Assembly (NCBI GenBank): GCA_963764715.1 | Contig: CAVXTP010000017.1 | Coordinates: 65,524 to 129,523, forward strand | DNA: 64,000 nucleotides | From: an uncultured Acidobacteriota bacterium | GTDB taxonomy: Bacteria > Acidobacteriota > Thermoanaerobaculia > UBA5066 > Gp7-AA6 | Reading direction: 5' to 3' | Part shown: positions 54,223 through 62,587 of the stretch, piece by piece | How positions within the stretch are numbered: the stretch's first letter is position 1 | Layout: each line of letters opens with the position of its first letter | The notes under the pieces: model-generated | Databases searched by the model: none | What the model saw: only the letters and a program-made list of their open reading frames with translations | Told to the model about the DNA's origin: nothing | Program-made: the position numbers and the translations under genes

Positions 54223-55271
54223 GCGCCCGGGCGAAGCTCGAGATTCCGGCCGCGGGCCTCGTCGAGCGGGGCCTCGTCCCGGACGCCATCCTGCGCCTGG
54301 CGATCCGGCGCCTCCTCGCCGCGCGACTCCGCGAGGAAGACGCCGGAGACCCCGAGGCCGCGCGCCGCCGCACCGACGCGTTCGCCGCGAGGATGCGGGA
54401 GAGCCCGATCGCCATCGCGACTTCCGACGCCAACGCCCAGCACTACGAGGTCCCGCCGCGGCTCTTCGAGCTCGTCCTCGGGAAACGCATGAAGTACAGC
54501 TGCGGTCTCTACGAGAGCACGACGGTGACGCTCGACGAGGCCGAGGAGGCGATGCTCGCCCTGACGGGCGCCCGGGCGCAGCTCCAGGACGGCCAGGAGG
54601 TCCTCGAGCTCGGCTGCGGCTGGGGCTCGCTCACCCTCTGGATGGCGGAGCGGTTTCCGCGTTCCAGGATCACGGCCGTCTCCAACTCCCGCGACCAGCG
54701 CGGATTCATCGAGATGCGCGCCCGGGAGCGCGGCCTCTCGAACGTCACGATCGCGACGGCGGACATGAACGTGTTCGACCCCGGCCGGACGTTCGATCGG
54801 ATCGTGTCCGTCGAAATGTTCGAGCACATGCGCAACTGGCCGAAGCTGCTCGAGCGGATCGCCTTCTGGATGCGCCCCGACGCGCGTCTCTTCCTGCACG
54901 TCTTCTCCCACCGGGCGGTCGCCTACCCCTTCGACGTGCGGGACGCCTCCGACTGGATGGCGCGCGAATTCTTCACCGGGGGGCTCATGCCCTCCGACGA
55001 CCTGCTCGACCGGTTCCCGGACCACGTCCGGATCGAGGCGCGCTGGCAGGTCGACGGCACCCACTACCAGCGAACCGCCGAGGACTGGCTCGCGAACCTC
55101 GACGCCCGGCGCGACGAGGCCCTCGCGCTCTTCGCCGCGACGTACGGAGAGACCGAAGCGCGCGCGCGGCTCGCGGCCTGGCGCCTCTTCTTCCTCGCCT
55201 GCGCCGAGTGCTGGGGCTACCGCGGCGGAACGGAGTGGATCGTCTCGCACTACCGGCTGCGCCGGTCCTGA
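54219..55271 (+). CDS. second CFA-synthase/mycolic-acid-methyltransferase family SAM methyltransferase
   Basis: The ATG at 54219 overlaps the upstream stop (ATGA). Motifs are AQHYEVPPRLFELVLGKRMKYSCGLY, the SAM site VLELGCGWGSLTLWMA, and SVEMFEHM. Confidence 0.88.
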   Translation: MSARAKLEIPAAGLVERGLVPDAILRLAIRRLLAARLREEDAGDPEAARRRTDAFAARMRESPIAIATSDANAQHYEVPPRLFELVLGKRMKYSCGLYESTTVTLDEAEEAMLALTGARAQLQDGQEVLELGCGWGSLTLWMAERFPRSRITAVSNSRDQRGFIEMRARERGLSNVTIATADMNVFDPGRTFDRIVSVEMFEHMRNWPKLLERIAFWMRPDARLFLHVFSHRAVAYPFDVRDASDWMAREFFTGGLMPSDDLLDRFPDHVRIEARWQVDGTHYQRTAEDWLANLDARRDEALALFAATYGETEARARLAAWRLFFLACAECWGYRGGTEWIVSHYRLRRS

Positions 55272-55288
55272 GGTAGCCTGCCCGGAGA

Positions 55289-56206
55289 GTGAACCTCCCC
55301 ACGCCGCTCGAGGCGGCGCCGGCGGAGCTCGCCGGCGGCCGGCCCCTGGACTTGAAGCGCGAGGACGCGCACGAGCTCGGCGCGTTCAAGTGGCGCGGAG
55401 CGCTGCCCACGGTCGAGGCGTACAAGCGGCAGGGCGCCTCGGCCGTCGTCACCGCCTCGACCGGGAACCACGGGGCCGCGGTCGCCTGGGCCTCGCGGCG
55501 GCTGGGCCTGCGCGCGATGGTCTACGCGCCCGCGGGCGCTTCGCTCGCGAAGCTCGCGCTGATCGACTCGCTCGGCGCCGAGATCCGGCTCATCGGCACC
55601 GACCTCGACTTCGCCAAGGACGAGGGCAAGCGCTTCGCGGCCGAAGCCCGGCTTCCCTTCTTCGAGGACGGCGTCGAGCCCACGCAGTACCAGGGATACG
55701 GGGCGATCGCCGACGAGATCCTCGACCAGGGCACAGAGCCGCCGGCCGCCGTCGTCGTGCCGGTCGGCAACGGCGCGCTGATCGGCGGGATCGGCCGGAC
55801 CCTGAAGCGCCGCTCCCCCGCGACGTCCCTCGTCGGCGTCGCCGCGAAGGAGGCGCCGGTCATGGCGCTGTCCCACCGGGCGGGCCGCGCCGTCGAGAGC
55901 GACCGCATGGGGACCTTCGCCGACGGCCTCGCGGTCCGCGTCGCGATCCCCGAGGCGGTCGAGCTCGTCAACGGGGTCGTCGACCGGATGCTCCTGGTGT
56001 CCGAGCGGTCCATGGCGGAAGCGATCGGCGCGTTTCACCGTGCCGGAATTCGCGCCGAGGGCGCCGCCGCCGCGGGCCTCGCCGCGCTGCCTCAGCTTCC
56101 GCTTCCGGTCGACGTGGGACGGATCGTCCTCGTCGTCACCGGCCGCAACATCGACGAGGCTCTCCACCGCCGCGCCGTCGAGGACCCCGGCTCCTTCCCG
56201 GACTGA
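55289..56206 (+). CDS. fold-type-II PLP enzyme (threonine/serine dehydratase-like)
   Basis: A GTG start. The PLP lysine is in GAFKWRGAL. Other motifs are ASTGNHGAAVA and VVVPVGNGALIGG. Confidence 0.8.
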   Translation: MNLPTPLEAAPAELAGGRPLDLKREDAHELGAFKWRGALPTVEAYKRQGASAVVTASTGNHGAAVAWASRRLGLRAMVYAPAGASLAKLALIDSLGAEIRLIGTDLDFAKDEGKRFAAEARLPFFEDGVEPTQYQGYGAIADEILDQGTEPPAAVVVPVGNGALIGGIGRTLKRRSPATSLVGVAAKEAPVMALSHRAGRAVESDRMGTFADGLAVRVAIPEAVELVNGVVDRMLLVSERSMAEAIGAFHRAGIRAEGAAAAGLAALPQLPLPVDVGRIVLVVTGRNIDEALHRRAVEDPGSFPD

Positions 56207-56223
56207 GCCCGTCTTCGGCCCCG

Positions 56224-56258
56224 GCTTACTGCTTACCGCTTACCGCTTACCGCTTACT
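56224..56258. repeat. heptanucleotide tandem repeat (GCTTACY)x5
   Basis: GCTTACT GCTTACC GCTTACC GCTTACC GCTTACT. The amidase stop codon (tta at 56247-56249, which is TAA on the minus strand) lies inside the array. Confidence 0.9.
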
Positions 56259-57878
56259 GACCCTCAAATCCACCGTCGGCAGATACCGCGGCGGCCGCCG
56301 CACCTTCGTCGCCTGCTCGAACGCGTAGGCGATCTTCAGGAGCGTCGGCTCGCTGCCGGCCCGGCCGAAGAACGACAGCCCGACCGGCAGCCCGAAGTGC
56401 CAGCCCGCGGGCACGGTGATGTCGGGATAGCCGGCGATCGCCGGGATCGACGAGCTCCCGTCGGCGCCGTAGCCGCCGTTGACGAGGTCGATCAGCGACG
56501 CGGGGCCCGAGGTCGGCGCGACGAGGCAGTCGAGACGATGTTCGTCCATGGTCTTGTCGATGCCCTCGACGCGCGACAGCCGGAGGTCCTTGGCGAGCGC
56601 GTCGACGTAGGCCTTGTCCGTCAGCGGGCCCTTGGCTTCCGCCTTCTCGAAGATCTCCTGCCCGAAGTACGGCATCTCGCTCTCGCGGTTCTTCGCGTTG
56701 AAGAGGATCAGGTCCGAGAGCGTCCGGTACCGCGTCCGGGAGCCGAGCCCCGCGAGATGGGCGTTGAGGTCCGCCTTGAACTCGTAAAGGAGCACTTCGA
56801 ATTCGGACTCGCCGATCTCGCCCGCCGATGCGATGTCGGCCGGGTCCACGATGACGGCGCCCTCCCGCCGCATGACCGCGAGGGCATCCTCGGCGACGGC
56901 GTCGGCCGCCGGGCTCTGCCCGTAGAGCTTTTTGCGCGGCACGCCGATGCGGGCGCCGGCGAGGCCGCGGGGATCGAGGAAGGTCGCGTAGTCGATCGGC
57001 GCCCTCCCGGCGAGGTCGCGTGTCGCCGGGTCCGCCGGATCGAAGCCGCACATCGCGGTCAGCAGGATCGCGGCGTCGGCGACGGTGCGGGTCATCGGGC
57101 CGGCGGTGTCCTGGCTGTGCGCGATGGGGATGATCCCGCTCCGCGACACGAGGCCGAGCGTCGGTTTCAGCCCGACGAGGCCGCAGTTGTTGGACGGCGA
57201 GACGATCGAGCCGTCGGTCTCCGTCCCGATCGTGATCGCGCAGAGGCTCGCCGCCGCCGCGGCCCCCGAGCCCGAGCTCGAGCCCGACGGATCGCGGTCG
57301 AGGGCGTACGGGTTGCGGCACTGCCCGCCGCGGCCGCTCCAGCCGCTCTGGGAGTGCGTCGAGCGGAAGTTGGCCCACTCCGAGAGGTTCGTCTTGCCGA
57401 GGATCACCGCGCCCGCGTCGCGCAGCCGCTGGACGATGTGGGCGTCCTTCTCGGGAACCGCTCCGACGAGGGCGAGCGAGCCGGCCGTCGTCTGCATGCG
57501 GTCGGCGGTCCCGATGTTGTCCTTGATCAGCACGGGGATCCCGTGGAGGGGCCCGCGGACCTTGCCGGCCTTGCGCTCGGCGTCGAGGCGGTCGGCGATC
57601 GCCAGGGCGTCGGGGTTCACCTCGAGGACCGCCCGCAGCGTCGGGCCCTTCCGGTCGATCGCCTCGATGCGCGCGATGTACTTCTCGGCGAGCGTGCGGG
57701 CGGAGTCCGCGCCCGAGGCCAGCCGCTTCTGGAGATCGGCGACCGTCAGCTCGTCGAGCTCGCCCGCCGGCGGCGGCGGAGGGTCGGCCGGCGGCGGCCC
57801 CGCCGCAGCGTTGCGGGAGACCGCCGCGGCGGCGCCTCCCAGGACTCCGCTCTTCAACAGGGACCGGCGATCGATCAT
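56247..57878 (-). CDS. amidase-signature (Ser-cisSer-Lys) amidase with twin-arginine signal peptide
   Basis: The ATG at 57878 is preceded by GGAGGA. It has a Tat-type signal (MIDRRSLLKSGVLGGAAAAV) and the amidase signature GGSSSGSGAAAAASL...GTETDGSIVSPS. Confidence 0.92.
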   Translation of the reverse strand: MIDRRSLLKSGVLGGAAAAVSRNAAAGPPPADPPPPPAGELDELTVADLQKRLASGADSARTLAEKYIARIEAIDRKGPTLRAVLEVNPDALAIADRLDAERKAGKVRGPLHGIPVLIKDNIGTADRMQTTAGSLALVGAVPEKDAHIVQRLRDAGAVILGKTNLSEWANFRSTHSQSGWSGRGGQCRNPYALDRDPSGSSSGSGAAAAASLCAITIGTETDGSIVSPSNNCGLVGLKPTLGLVSRSGIIPIAHSQDTAGPMTRTVADAAILLTAMCGFDPADPATRDLAGRAPIDYATFLDPRGLAGARIGVPRKKLYGQSPAADAVAEDALAVMRREGAVIVDPADIASAGEIGESEFEVLLYEFKADLNAHLAGLGSRTRYRTLSDLILFNAKNRESEMPYFGQEIFEKAEAKGPLTDKAYVDALAKDLRLSRVEGIDKTMDEHRLDCLVAPTSGPASLIDLVNGGYGADGSSSIPAIAGYPDITVPAGWHFGLPVGLSFFGRAGSEPTLLKIAYAFEQATKVRRPPRYLPTVDLRVSKR

Positions 57879-57933
57879 CGCGTCCTCCGCTTTCGTGCGG
57901 CCGAGAGATATCACGGAGCGGCGCGGGCCCGCG

Positions 57934-59340
57934 TCAGAAGAGGTGCGCGATCGAGTTGGCGTAGTAGCGCAGCAGCGGCACCTCGTCCGGGCGGGCGCGG
58001 AAGAGGCCGCCGGCCTCCTCGACGAGGCGGCGCAGCGTCAGCATGCGGAGGCCCACCGTGATCGCGTAGTCCTGGTCGCCCCGCGGGACGTAGACGTGGG
58101 CCCCCCGCCCCTCGAGCTCCCGGATCAGCCGCAGCACCTCGCCCTTGAGCTCGAGCTCGCTCCAGCTCCGCTCCGGCGCCCGCACGAAGACCGTCGCGAC
58201 GAGCGAGACCGGGACGACCGGGATGACCCGCGCGATCTCCCCCATCAGCTCCCGCGCCAGGTCCGACAGGCGCCGGGAGCGCTCCTCTCCCGCGAGGGAG
58301 CGAAAGTCGAACGCGTGGCGCTGGAGGTGGCGCCGGAGCGAAACGGGCGAGCCGAAGTTCACGCACGCGTAGCCGAACCGGTGCCAGCGATTGAGGGCCC
58401 TCAGCCAGACGTTGCGGCCGATGAACCGCGCCGTCGTCCCCGCCGCGGCCGGCGCGCTCCGGGGAGAGGCCTCCGGGTCGAGCTCGCGCAGGAAGCTGCG
58501 GTCCTCGAACGTCCGGTCGTAGTTGATGCCGACCGGGATGAAGACGATGTCGCGCTCCCCCGCCGGGTCGAACGACCGGACCATGTAGTCGAGGATGCCG
58601 AGCCTGGGCGGCCGCAGCTTCCCGTCGCGCGAGAGGCCGCCCTCCGGGAAGACCGCCTGCGTCACGCCCGCCGCGGTGGCCATCCCGACGTAACGCTCGA
58701 GGACCTTGCGGTAAAGGGGGTCCTTCGAGTTGCGCCGCACGAAGTACGCGCCCATCGAGCGGATCAGCGTCTGCAGCGGCCAGATGCGCGCCCACTCGCC
58801 GACGGCGTAGGAGAGCGCGGCCTTCTCCGCCGCGAGATACGAGACGAGGACGTAGTCCATGTTGCTGCGGTGGTTGATGAGGAAGACGACCGTCGCCTTC
58901 GGAGGCATCGACGCGAGGCCTTCCTCGTCCTCGTAGCCGAGGCGCACCCGGTAGAGCGAGCGCGCCAGGTTGCGGGCGAGCCAGTAGCCGATGCGGAAGT
59001 AGGCGTACGCGTTGAAGGCCGGGACGATCTCGCGCGCGTAGCGGCCGACGCGCTGCATGACGACCTCGCGCGGCATCGCCTTCTCCCTCGCCTCGGCCTC
59101 CGCGGCCTGCTGCACCTGGGGGTCGTAGAGCAGGCGGTCGATCAGGACCTCGCGCTTCGTCAGCTCGAAGTGCGCGATGCGGATCTTCAGGCGGGTGTTG
59201 ATCTCCTCGAGGACCCGGTTGACCCGGCGCCGGAGAAACCACCGGACGCTCGGGATGAGCAGCCGGTCGAGGGCGGCCCACGCCGCGAGGATCGCGAGCA
59301 GGATGGCGAGCCAGGTCGGAAGCTCGACGGTGCCGCGCAT
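57934..59340 (-). CDS. PlsB-like glycerol-3-phosphate / lysophospholipid acyltransferase
   Basis: The ATG at 59340 (MRGTVELPTWLAILLAILAAW) lies inside ORF 57934..59475. It has the acyltransferase H-x4-D motif (NHRSNMD) and the blocks FVRRNS and VFPEGGLSRDG. Confidence 0.85.
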   Translation of the reverse strand: MRGTVELPTWLAILLAILAAWAALDRLLIPSVRWFLRRRVNRVLEEINTRLKIRIAHFELTKREVLIDRLLYDPQVQQAAEAEAREKAMPREVVMQRVGRYAREIVPAFNAYAYFRIGYWLARNLARSLYRVRLGYEDEEGLASMPPKATVVFLINHRSNMDYVLVSYLAAEKAALSYAVGEWARIWPLQTLIRSMGAYFVRRNSKDPLYRKVLERYVGMATAAGVTQAVFPEGGLSRDGKLRPPRLGILDYMVRSFDPAGERDIVFIPVGINYDRTFEDRSFLRELDPEASPRSAPAAAGTTARFIGRNVWLRALNRWHRFGYACVNFGSPVSLRRHLQRHAFDFRSLAGEERSRRLSDLARELMGEIARVIPVVPVSLVATVFVRAPERSWSELELKGEVLRLIRELEGRGAHVYVPRGDQDYAITVGLRMLTLRRLVEEAGGLFRARPDEVPLLRYYANSIAHLF

Positions 59341-59381
59341 GGGAAGTGCTTGCCGAGCATAGGACAGTCGTCGGCCAGTGA

Positions 59382-59436
59382 GCAGGAGGCAGGAGGCAGG
59401 CAGTAAGCAGTAAGCAGTAAGCAGTAAGCAGTAAGC
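59382..59436. repeat. heptanucleotide tandem repeats: (GCAGGAG)x2-3 followed by (AGTAAGC)x5; the latter is the reverse complement of the 56224-56258 array
   Basis: AGTAAGC occurs five times at 59402-59436. Its reverse complement, GCTTACT x5, matches the left array at 32/35 positions. It lies 62 nt upstream of the acyltransferase start. Confidence 0.9.
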
Positions 59437-59443
59437 AGGGATA

Positions 59444-59473
59444 CGAAAAGGGGCGGCCGTGCGGGGCCGCCCC
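59444..59473 (-). terminator. intrinsic terminator after the 59495..60055 gene
   Basis: The minus strand reads GGGGCGGCC-CCGCAC-GGCCGCCCC-TTTTCG, starting 22 nt after the stop. Confidence 0.75.
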
Positions 59474-59494
59474 ACCTGGTCCGACCGGCCTGAC

Positions 59495-60055
59495 CTAGCG
59501 CGGCCAGAGCCAGCCGAAGACGCCGGCCGTCAGGAGCCCGTACACGATCCCGTCGATCACTTCCTTGATCGTCGAGGACCAGGACCGGCCCCACCAGATC
59601 GCGTTCGGCACGATCCCGGCGGCGTAGGCCAGCGCGGCGGCCCCGCCCGCGGTGTGGAAGACCGTGCGGTAGGAGGAGCCCACCGGCAGGACGCGGCCGG
59701 CGACGCAGGCGACCACCGTCGAGACCACCAGCAAATAGACGAACCAGAGGCCGAGCTGCTTGCCCATCCCCATCGGTCCGGGCGGCCAGACGACCATCGT
59801 GCCCATCGGGCCTTCTTCCATCTTCTTCTTCGTCTCGGGGCTCTTGTCGCGCGGGTCGCAGAACGGGAAGCGGTACTGCCCGCGCCCCACGCCCGCGCGG
59901 CGCATGGCCTCGAGCACTCCCGCCTCGCCGGGAAGCTGGGCCCAGTCCTTCTTGTGGTGCGGCAGGAACATCCAGACGATGGAGCTCGCGATGTAGACGA
60001 GGACCGCGGAGCCCAGGATGGGAAGCCAGAGTGAGCCGAGGGCGACCATACCCAC
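59495..60055 (-). CDS. hypothetical 4-TM membrane protein
   Basis: A 186-aa ORF with hydrophobic helices flanking a charged loop (DPRDKSPETKKKMEEGP). Third codon positions are GC-rich. Confidence 0.6.
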   Translation of the reverse strand: MGMVALGSLWLPILGSAVLVYIASSIVWMFLPHHKKDWAQLPGEAGVLEAMRRAGVGRGQYRFPFCDPRDKSPETKKKMEEGPMGTMVVWPPGPMGMGKQLGLWFVYLLVVSTVVACVAGRVLPVGSSYRTVFHTAGGAAALAYAAGIVPNAIWWGRSWSSTIKEVIDGIVYGLLTAGVFGWLWPR

Positions 60056-60114
60056 CTCCTTGTGCGGTTGGAGCGAAGTGGCGGAATTATCCTCCCGAAT
60101 CCGCGCGGCGTAGG

Positions 60115-60570
60115 ATGCGCCCCATGGAATGGCGCCGCGGCGGTTATGCGATCTCGACCGACCCGCAACGGCTGGACCGGGCCGCCATTCACGGCTTCCT
60201 GTCCGGTTCCTACTGGGCGAAGGGCATCCCGCGCGAGGTCGTCGAGCGCTCGATCGAGGGGGCCCTCTGCTTCGGCCTCTACGAGGGAGAACCCCAGGTC
60301 GGTTTCGCCCGGGTGATCACCGACCGTGCGACCTTCGCCTACCTCGCCGACGTCTTCGTCGTCGAATCGCACCGCGGCCGGGGGCTCGCCGCCTGGCTCA
60401 TGGAGACCGTCATGGGGCACCCCGAGCTCCAGGGGCTCCGCCGCTGGATCCTCATGACCCGGGACGCGCACGGGCTCTACCGGAAGTTCGGCTTCCGCGA
60501 GATCGCCGATTCCGGCCGCTGCATGGAGATCGTGGACCGCGAGGTGTACACGCGGGCTCCGCGACGCTAG
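60115..60570 (+). CDS. GNAT-family N-acetyltransferase
   Basis: The ATG at 60115 lies inside ORF 60031..60570. The acetyl-CoA motif is VVESHRGRGLAAWLMETVM, and the C-terminus contains HGLYRKFGF. Confidence 0.85.
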   Translation: MRPMEWRRGGYAISTDPQRLDRAAIHGFLSGSYWAKGIPREVVERSIEGALCFGLYEGEPQVGFARVITDRATFAYLADVFVVESHRGRGLAAWLMETVMGHPELQGLRRWILMTRDAHGLYRKFGFREIADSGRCMEIVDREVYTRAPRR

Positions 60571-60695
60571 AATCGCCCCGCTGCCTATGATCGTCCCTCG
60601 GTAAAAAGCGCGGTTCCCCGGACGGCCCGGCCGTCCGATCACGAAGCCACGAACGCGGGGCGCCCGCGCACGGGCGCTCGCCGAGAGGAGATCCC

Positions 60696-61472
60696 TTGAA
60701 CGCACCCACGGACTGGTGGAAGACCTTCTTCGACGGCCTCGCCGTCGGCTTCTGGCGGGCCGCCGTCCCGCCGGAAGCGACCCGGGCCGACGCCGACTTT
60801 CTCTGGAAGCACCTGAATCTCGCGCCGGGCGCCCGCGTCCTCGACGTGCCCTGCGGCGCCGGGCGGCTGACGCTGCCGCTCGCCGAACGCGGCTGCGCGA
60901 TGTCGGGCGTCGACATCTCGACCGAGTCCGTCGAGGCCGCGGCGGCCGCCGCCGCCGAGCAGGGGCTCGCCGTCGACTTCCGGTGCGCCGACATGCGCGA
61001 CCTGCCCGCGTCGTCCGGGTTCGACGCGGCGTTCTGCTTCGGCAACAGCTTCGGGTACCTCGACGACGCCGGCAACGAGGCCTTCGTCGCGGCCGCCGCG
61101 CAGGCGCTCTCGCCCGGCGGACGCCTGGCCATCGACTTCGGGCAGACGGCCGAGGGCGTCTTTCCGCGGCTCGAGCCCCGGCTCGAGGGCGAGCTCCACG
61201 GATTCCGGTTCGTGGAAGAGACGCGCTTCGACCCGGTCACCTCGCGCATCGAGAACGTCTTCGAGTTCTCGAAGGACGGCCGGTCCGAGCGCAAGCTCGC
61301 TTCGCAGCGCGTCTACCTGGCGGGCGACCTCGTCCGCATGCTCGGCCGCGCGGGCCTTCGGGTCCTCGGCCTCTACGGATCGCCGGAGGAGGAGCCCTTC
61401 GCCCTCAGCTCGCAGCGCCTCCTGATCGTGGCGGAGAAGCCGCGAGCTTCCGGACGAGGGACACGAGGCTGA
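60696..61472 (+). CDS. class-I SAM-dependent methyltransferase
   Basis: A TTG start. The SAM motif is RVLDVPCGAGRLTLPLAERG, with an acidic loop at GVDIS and motif II at DAAFCFGNSFGYL. Confidence 0.85.
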   Translation: MNAPTDWWKTFFDGLAVGFWRAAVPPEATRADADFLWKHLNLAPGARVLDVPCGAGRLTLPLAERGCAMSGVDISTESVEAAAAAAAEQGLAVDFRCADMRDLPASSGFDAAFCFGNSFGYLDDAGNEAFVAAAAQALSPGGRLAIDFGQTAEGVFPRLEPRLEGELHGFRFVEETRFDPVTSRIENVFEFSKDGRSERKLASQRVYLAGDLVRMLGRAGLRVLGLYGSPEEEPFALSSQRLLIVAEKPRASGRGTRG

Positions 61473-61668
61473 TGACCGACCAGGAGCCCTCGAGCACGAT
61501 CAGGCCGGCGTTCTTCGCTTCGACGGCGAACCACGTCAGGATGACGGCCCCCAGGAGATTGAGAACGAGGTAGGCGCGGTCCTCGCCGCCGAGCTTCCCG
61601 GCCTGCTGGGCGGCGAAGGCGGCGAGGATCATCGCCGCGCCGAGAAGCGAGACGAGCTGGGCGATCAC
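61405..61668 (-). CDS. small membrane protein (about 3 TM)
   Basis: An 87-aa ORF, MIAQLVSLLGAAMILAAFAAQQ...LNLLGAVILTWFAV...GLIVLEGSWSVISLVSL. It overlaps the convergent methyltransferase gene by 68 nt. Confidence 0.5.
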   Translation of the reverse strand: MIAQLVSLLGAAMILAAFAAQQAGKLGGEDRAYLVLNLLGAVILTWFAVEAKNAGLIVLEGSWSVISLVSLVRKLAASPPRSGGAAS

Positions 61669-61756
61669 GACGCCGCCCGTTCGGCCTCGCCCGGCGTGGC
61701 CCGGGTCCGCATTGCGACTTCGAGGCGTCGTCCGCGATGGGTTCGTTCGGTCACGA

Positions 61757-62341
61757 TCAGGTCTCCTCTTCCGAAACCGGTCCTTCGGGCGCTTCGGCGA
61801 CGGGGTAGCAGGCGAGGACGAGACGGTAGGGGCGGCCCTTCCCCGGGCGGCCGTTCTCGCGCAGATTCGGCATCGAGTGCCGGGCGATGACCTCGACGAT
61901 CGCCGCCCGCATCGCCTCGGCGAACCGGGTCCGCTGTTCCGGAGTCTCGAACCGGAACTGCGACTTCACGGACAGGGTCGCCAGGCGCTTGCCCTCGGCG
62001 GCGGCTTCCCGAGCGGCGCGACCGACGTCCGACCGGACCTGGTCGGCGAGGGCGAGGAGGTAGTCGGAGGAGGCCGTGTCGGCGATCTGCCGCCAGTCCG
62101 CCGCGAGGGGCCCGAGAAGGTCGGGCGAGAGCGTGTAAGAACGGGCCGTGGCCACATAGCGCTGCTCGATCAGGTTTCGCCGCCGGCGGCGGCCGGCCGG
62201 GCGCAGAAGCCCGGCCCTCTCGAGGGCCCGGACGTGGTAGTTGACCCGCTGCCTCGGGAGCCCGAGTCGGCGCGCCAGCTCGGTCGAGGAGGCAGGCTCC
62301 CGGGCGAGGGCCAGCAGGCGCGAGCGCAGCGGGTGGAGCAT
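61757..62341 (-). CDS. ArsR-family winged-helix transcriptional regulator with C-terminal extension
   Basis: The HTH is LHPLRSRLLALAREPASSTELARRLGLPRQRVNYHVRALERAGLL. The start is uncertain: ATG at 62341, GTG at 62368/62404/62410, or the track's TTG at 62434. The last would lie inside the predicted promoter. Confidence 0.75.
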   Translation of the reverse strand: MLHPLRSRLLALAREPASSTELARRLGLPRQRVNYHVRALERAGLLRPAGRRRRRNLIEQRYVATARSYTLSPDLLGPLAADWRQIADTASSDYLLALADQVRSDVGRAAREAAAEGKRLATLSVKSQFRFETPEQRTRFAEAMRAAIVEVIARHSMPNLRENGRPGKGRPYRLVLACYPVAEAPEGPVSEEET

Positions 62342-62417
62342 CGCGCTCGCCCGCCGCGCGCTTTGCACCGCTTCGAGTCCGATGGCCCCGGGAGTTGGCT
62401 GCACCTCCACAGACAGT

Positions 62418-62447
62418 ATTATCTGTACAGACAAATCTACTTGTCAA
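62418..62447 (-). promoter_or_regulatory. sigma-70-type promoter (TTGACA-N18-GATAAT) with an embedded palindrome TCTGTACAGA, in an AT-rich island
   Basis: The minus strand reads TTGACA (62447-62442), an 18-nt spacer, then GATAAT (62423-62418). The 10-bp perfect palindrome at 62422-62431 overlaps the -10 element and the spacer. GGAGG follows about 10 nt downstream. Confidence 0.5.
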
Positions 62448-62587
62448 TACGGCGGTCCTGCTCCCATTCGGGCCGGCGAGCGTATTTGGAGGGTGAACAC
62501 TTCTCCCGTCTTCCCCGGATCCCGTCGGTACAATCCGTCGGTGGTGCCCTCTTTCCTCCTCGTCCGCGCTTTCAGGGTCGCCTGACA

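Noticed and set aside
56224-56258. The heptamer arrays as a miniature CRISPR array or as coding repeats.
   Set aside because: The units are contiguous (no spacers), only 7 bp long, and mostly intergenic. They are tandem microsatellites, not CRISPR repeats. The ORF-track peptides containing LTAYCLL are read-through artefacts upstream of the real ATG at 59340.
60571-60695. GGACGGCC-C-GGCCGTCC palindrome after the GNAT gene as a terminator.
   Set aside because: A 1-nt loop is sterically impossible, so the usable stem is short, and there is no U-tract. I do not consider it a supportable terminator.
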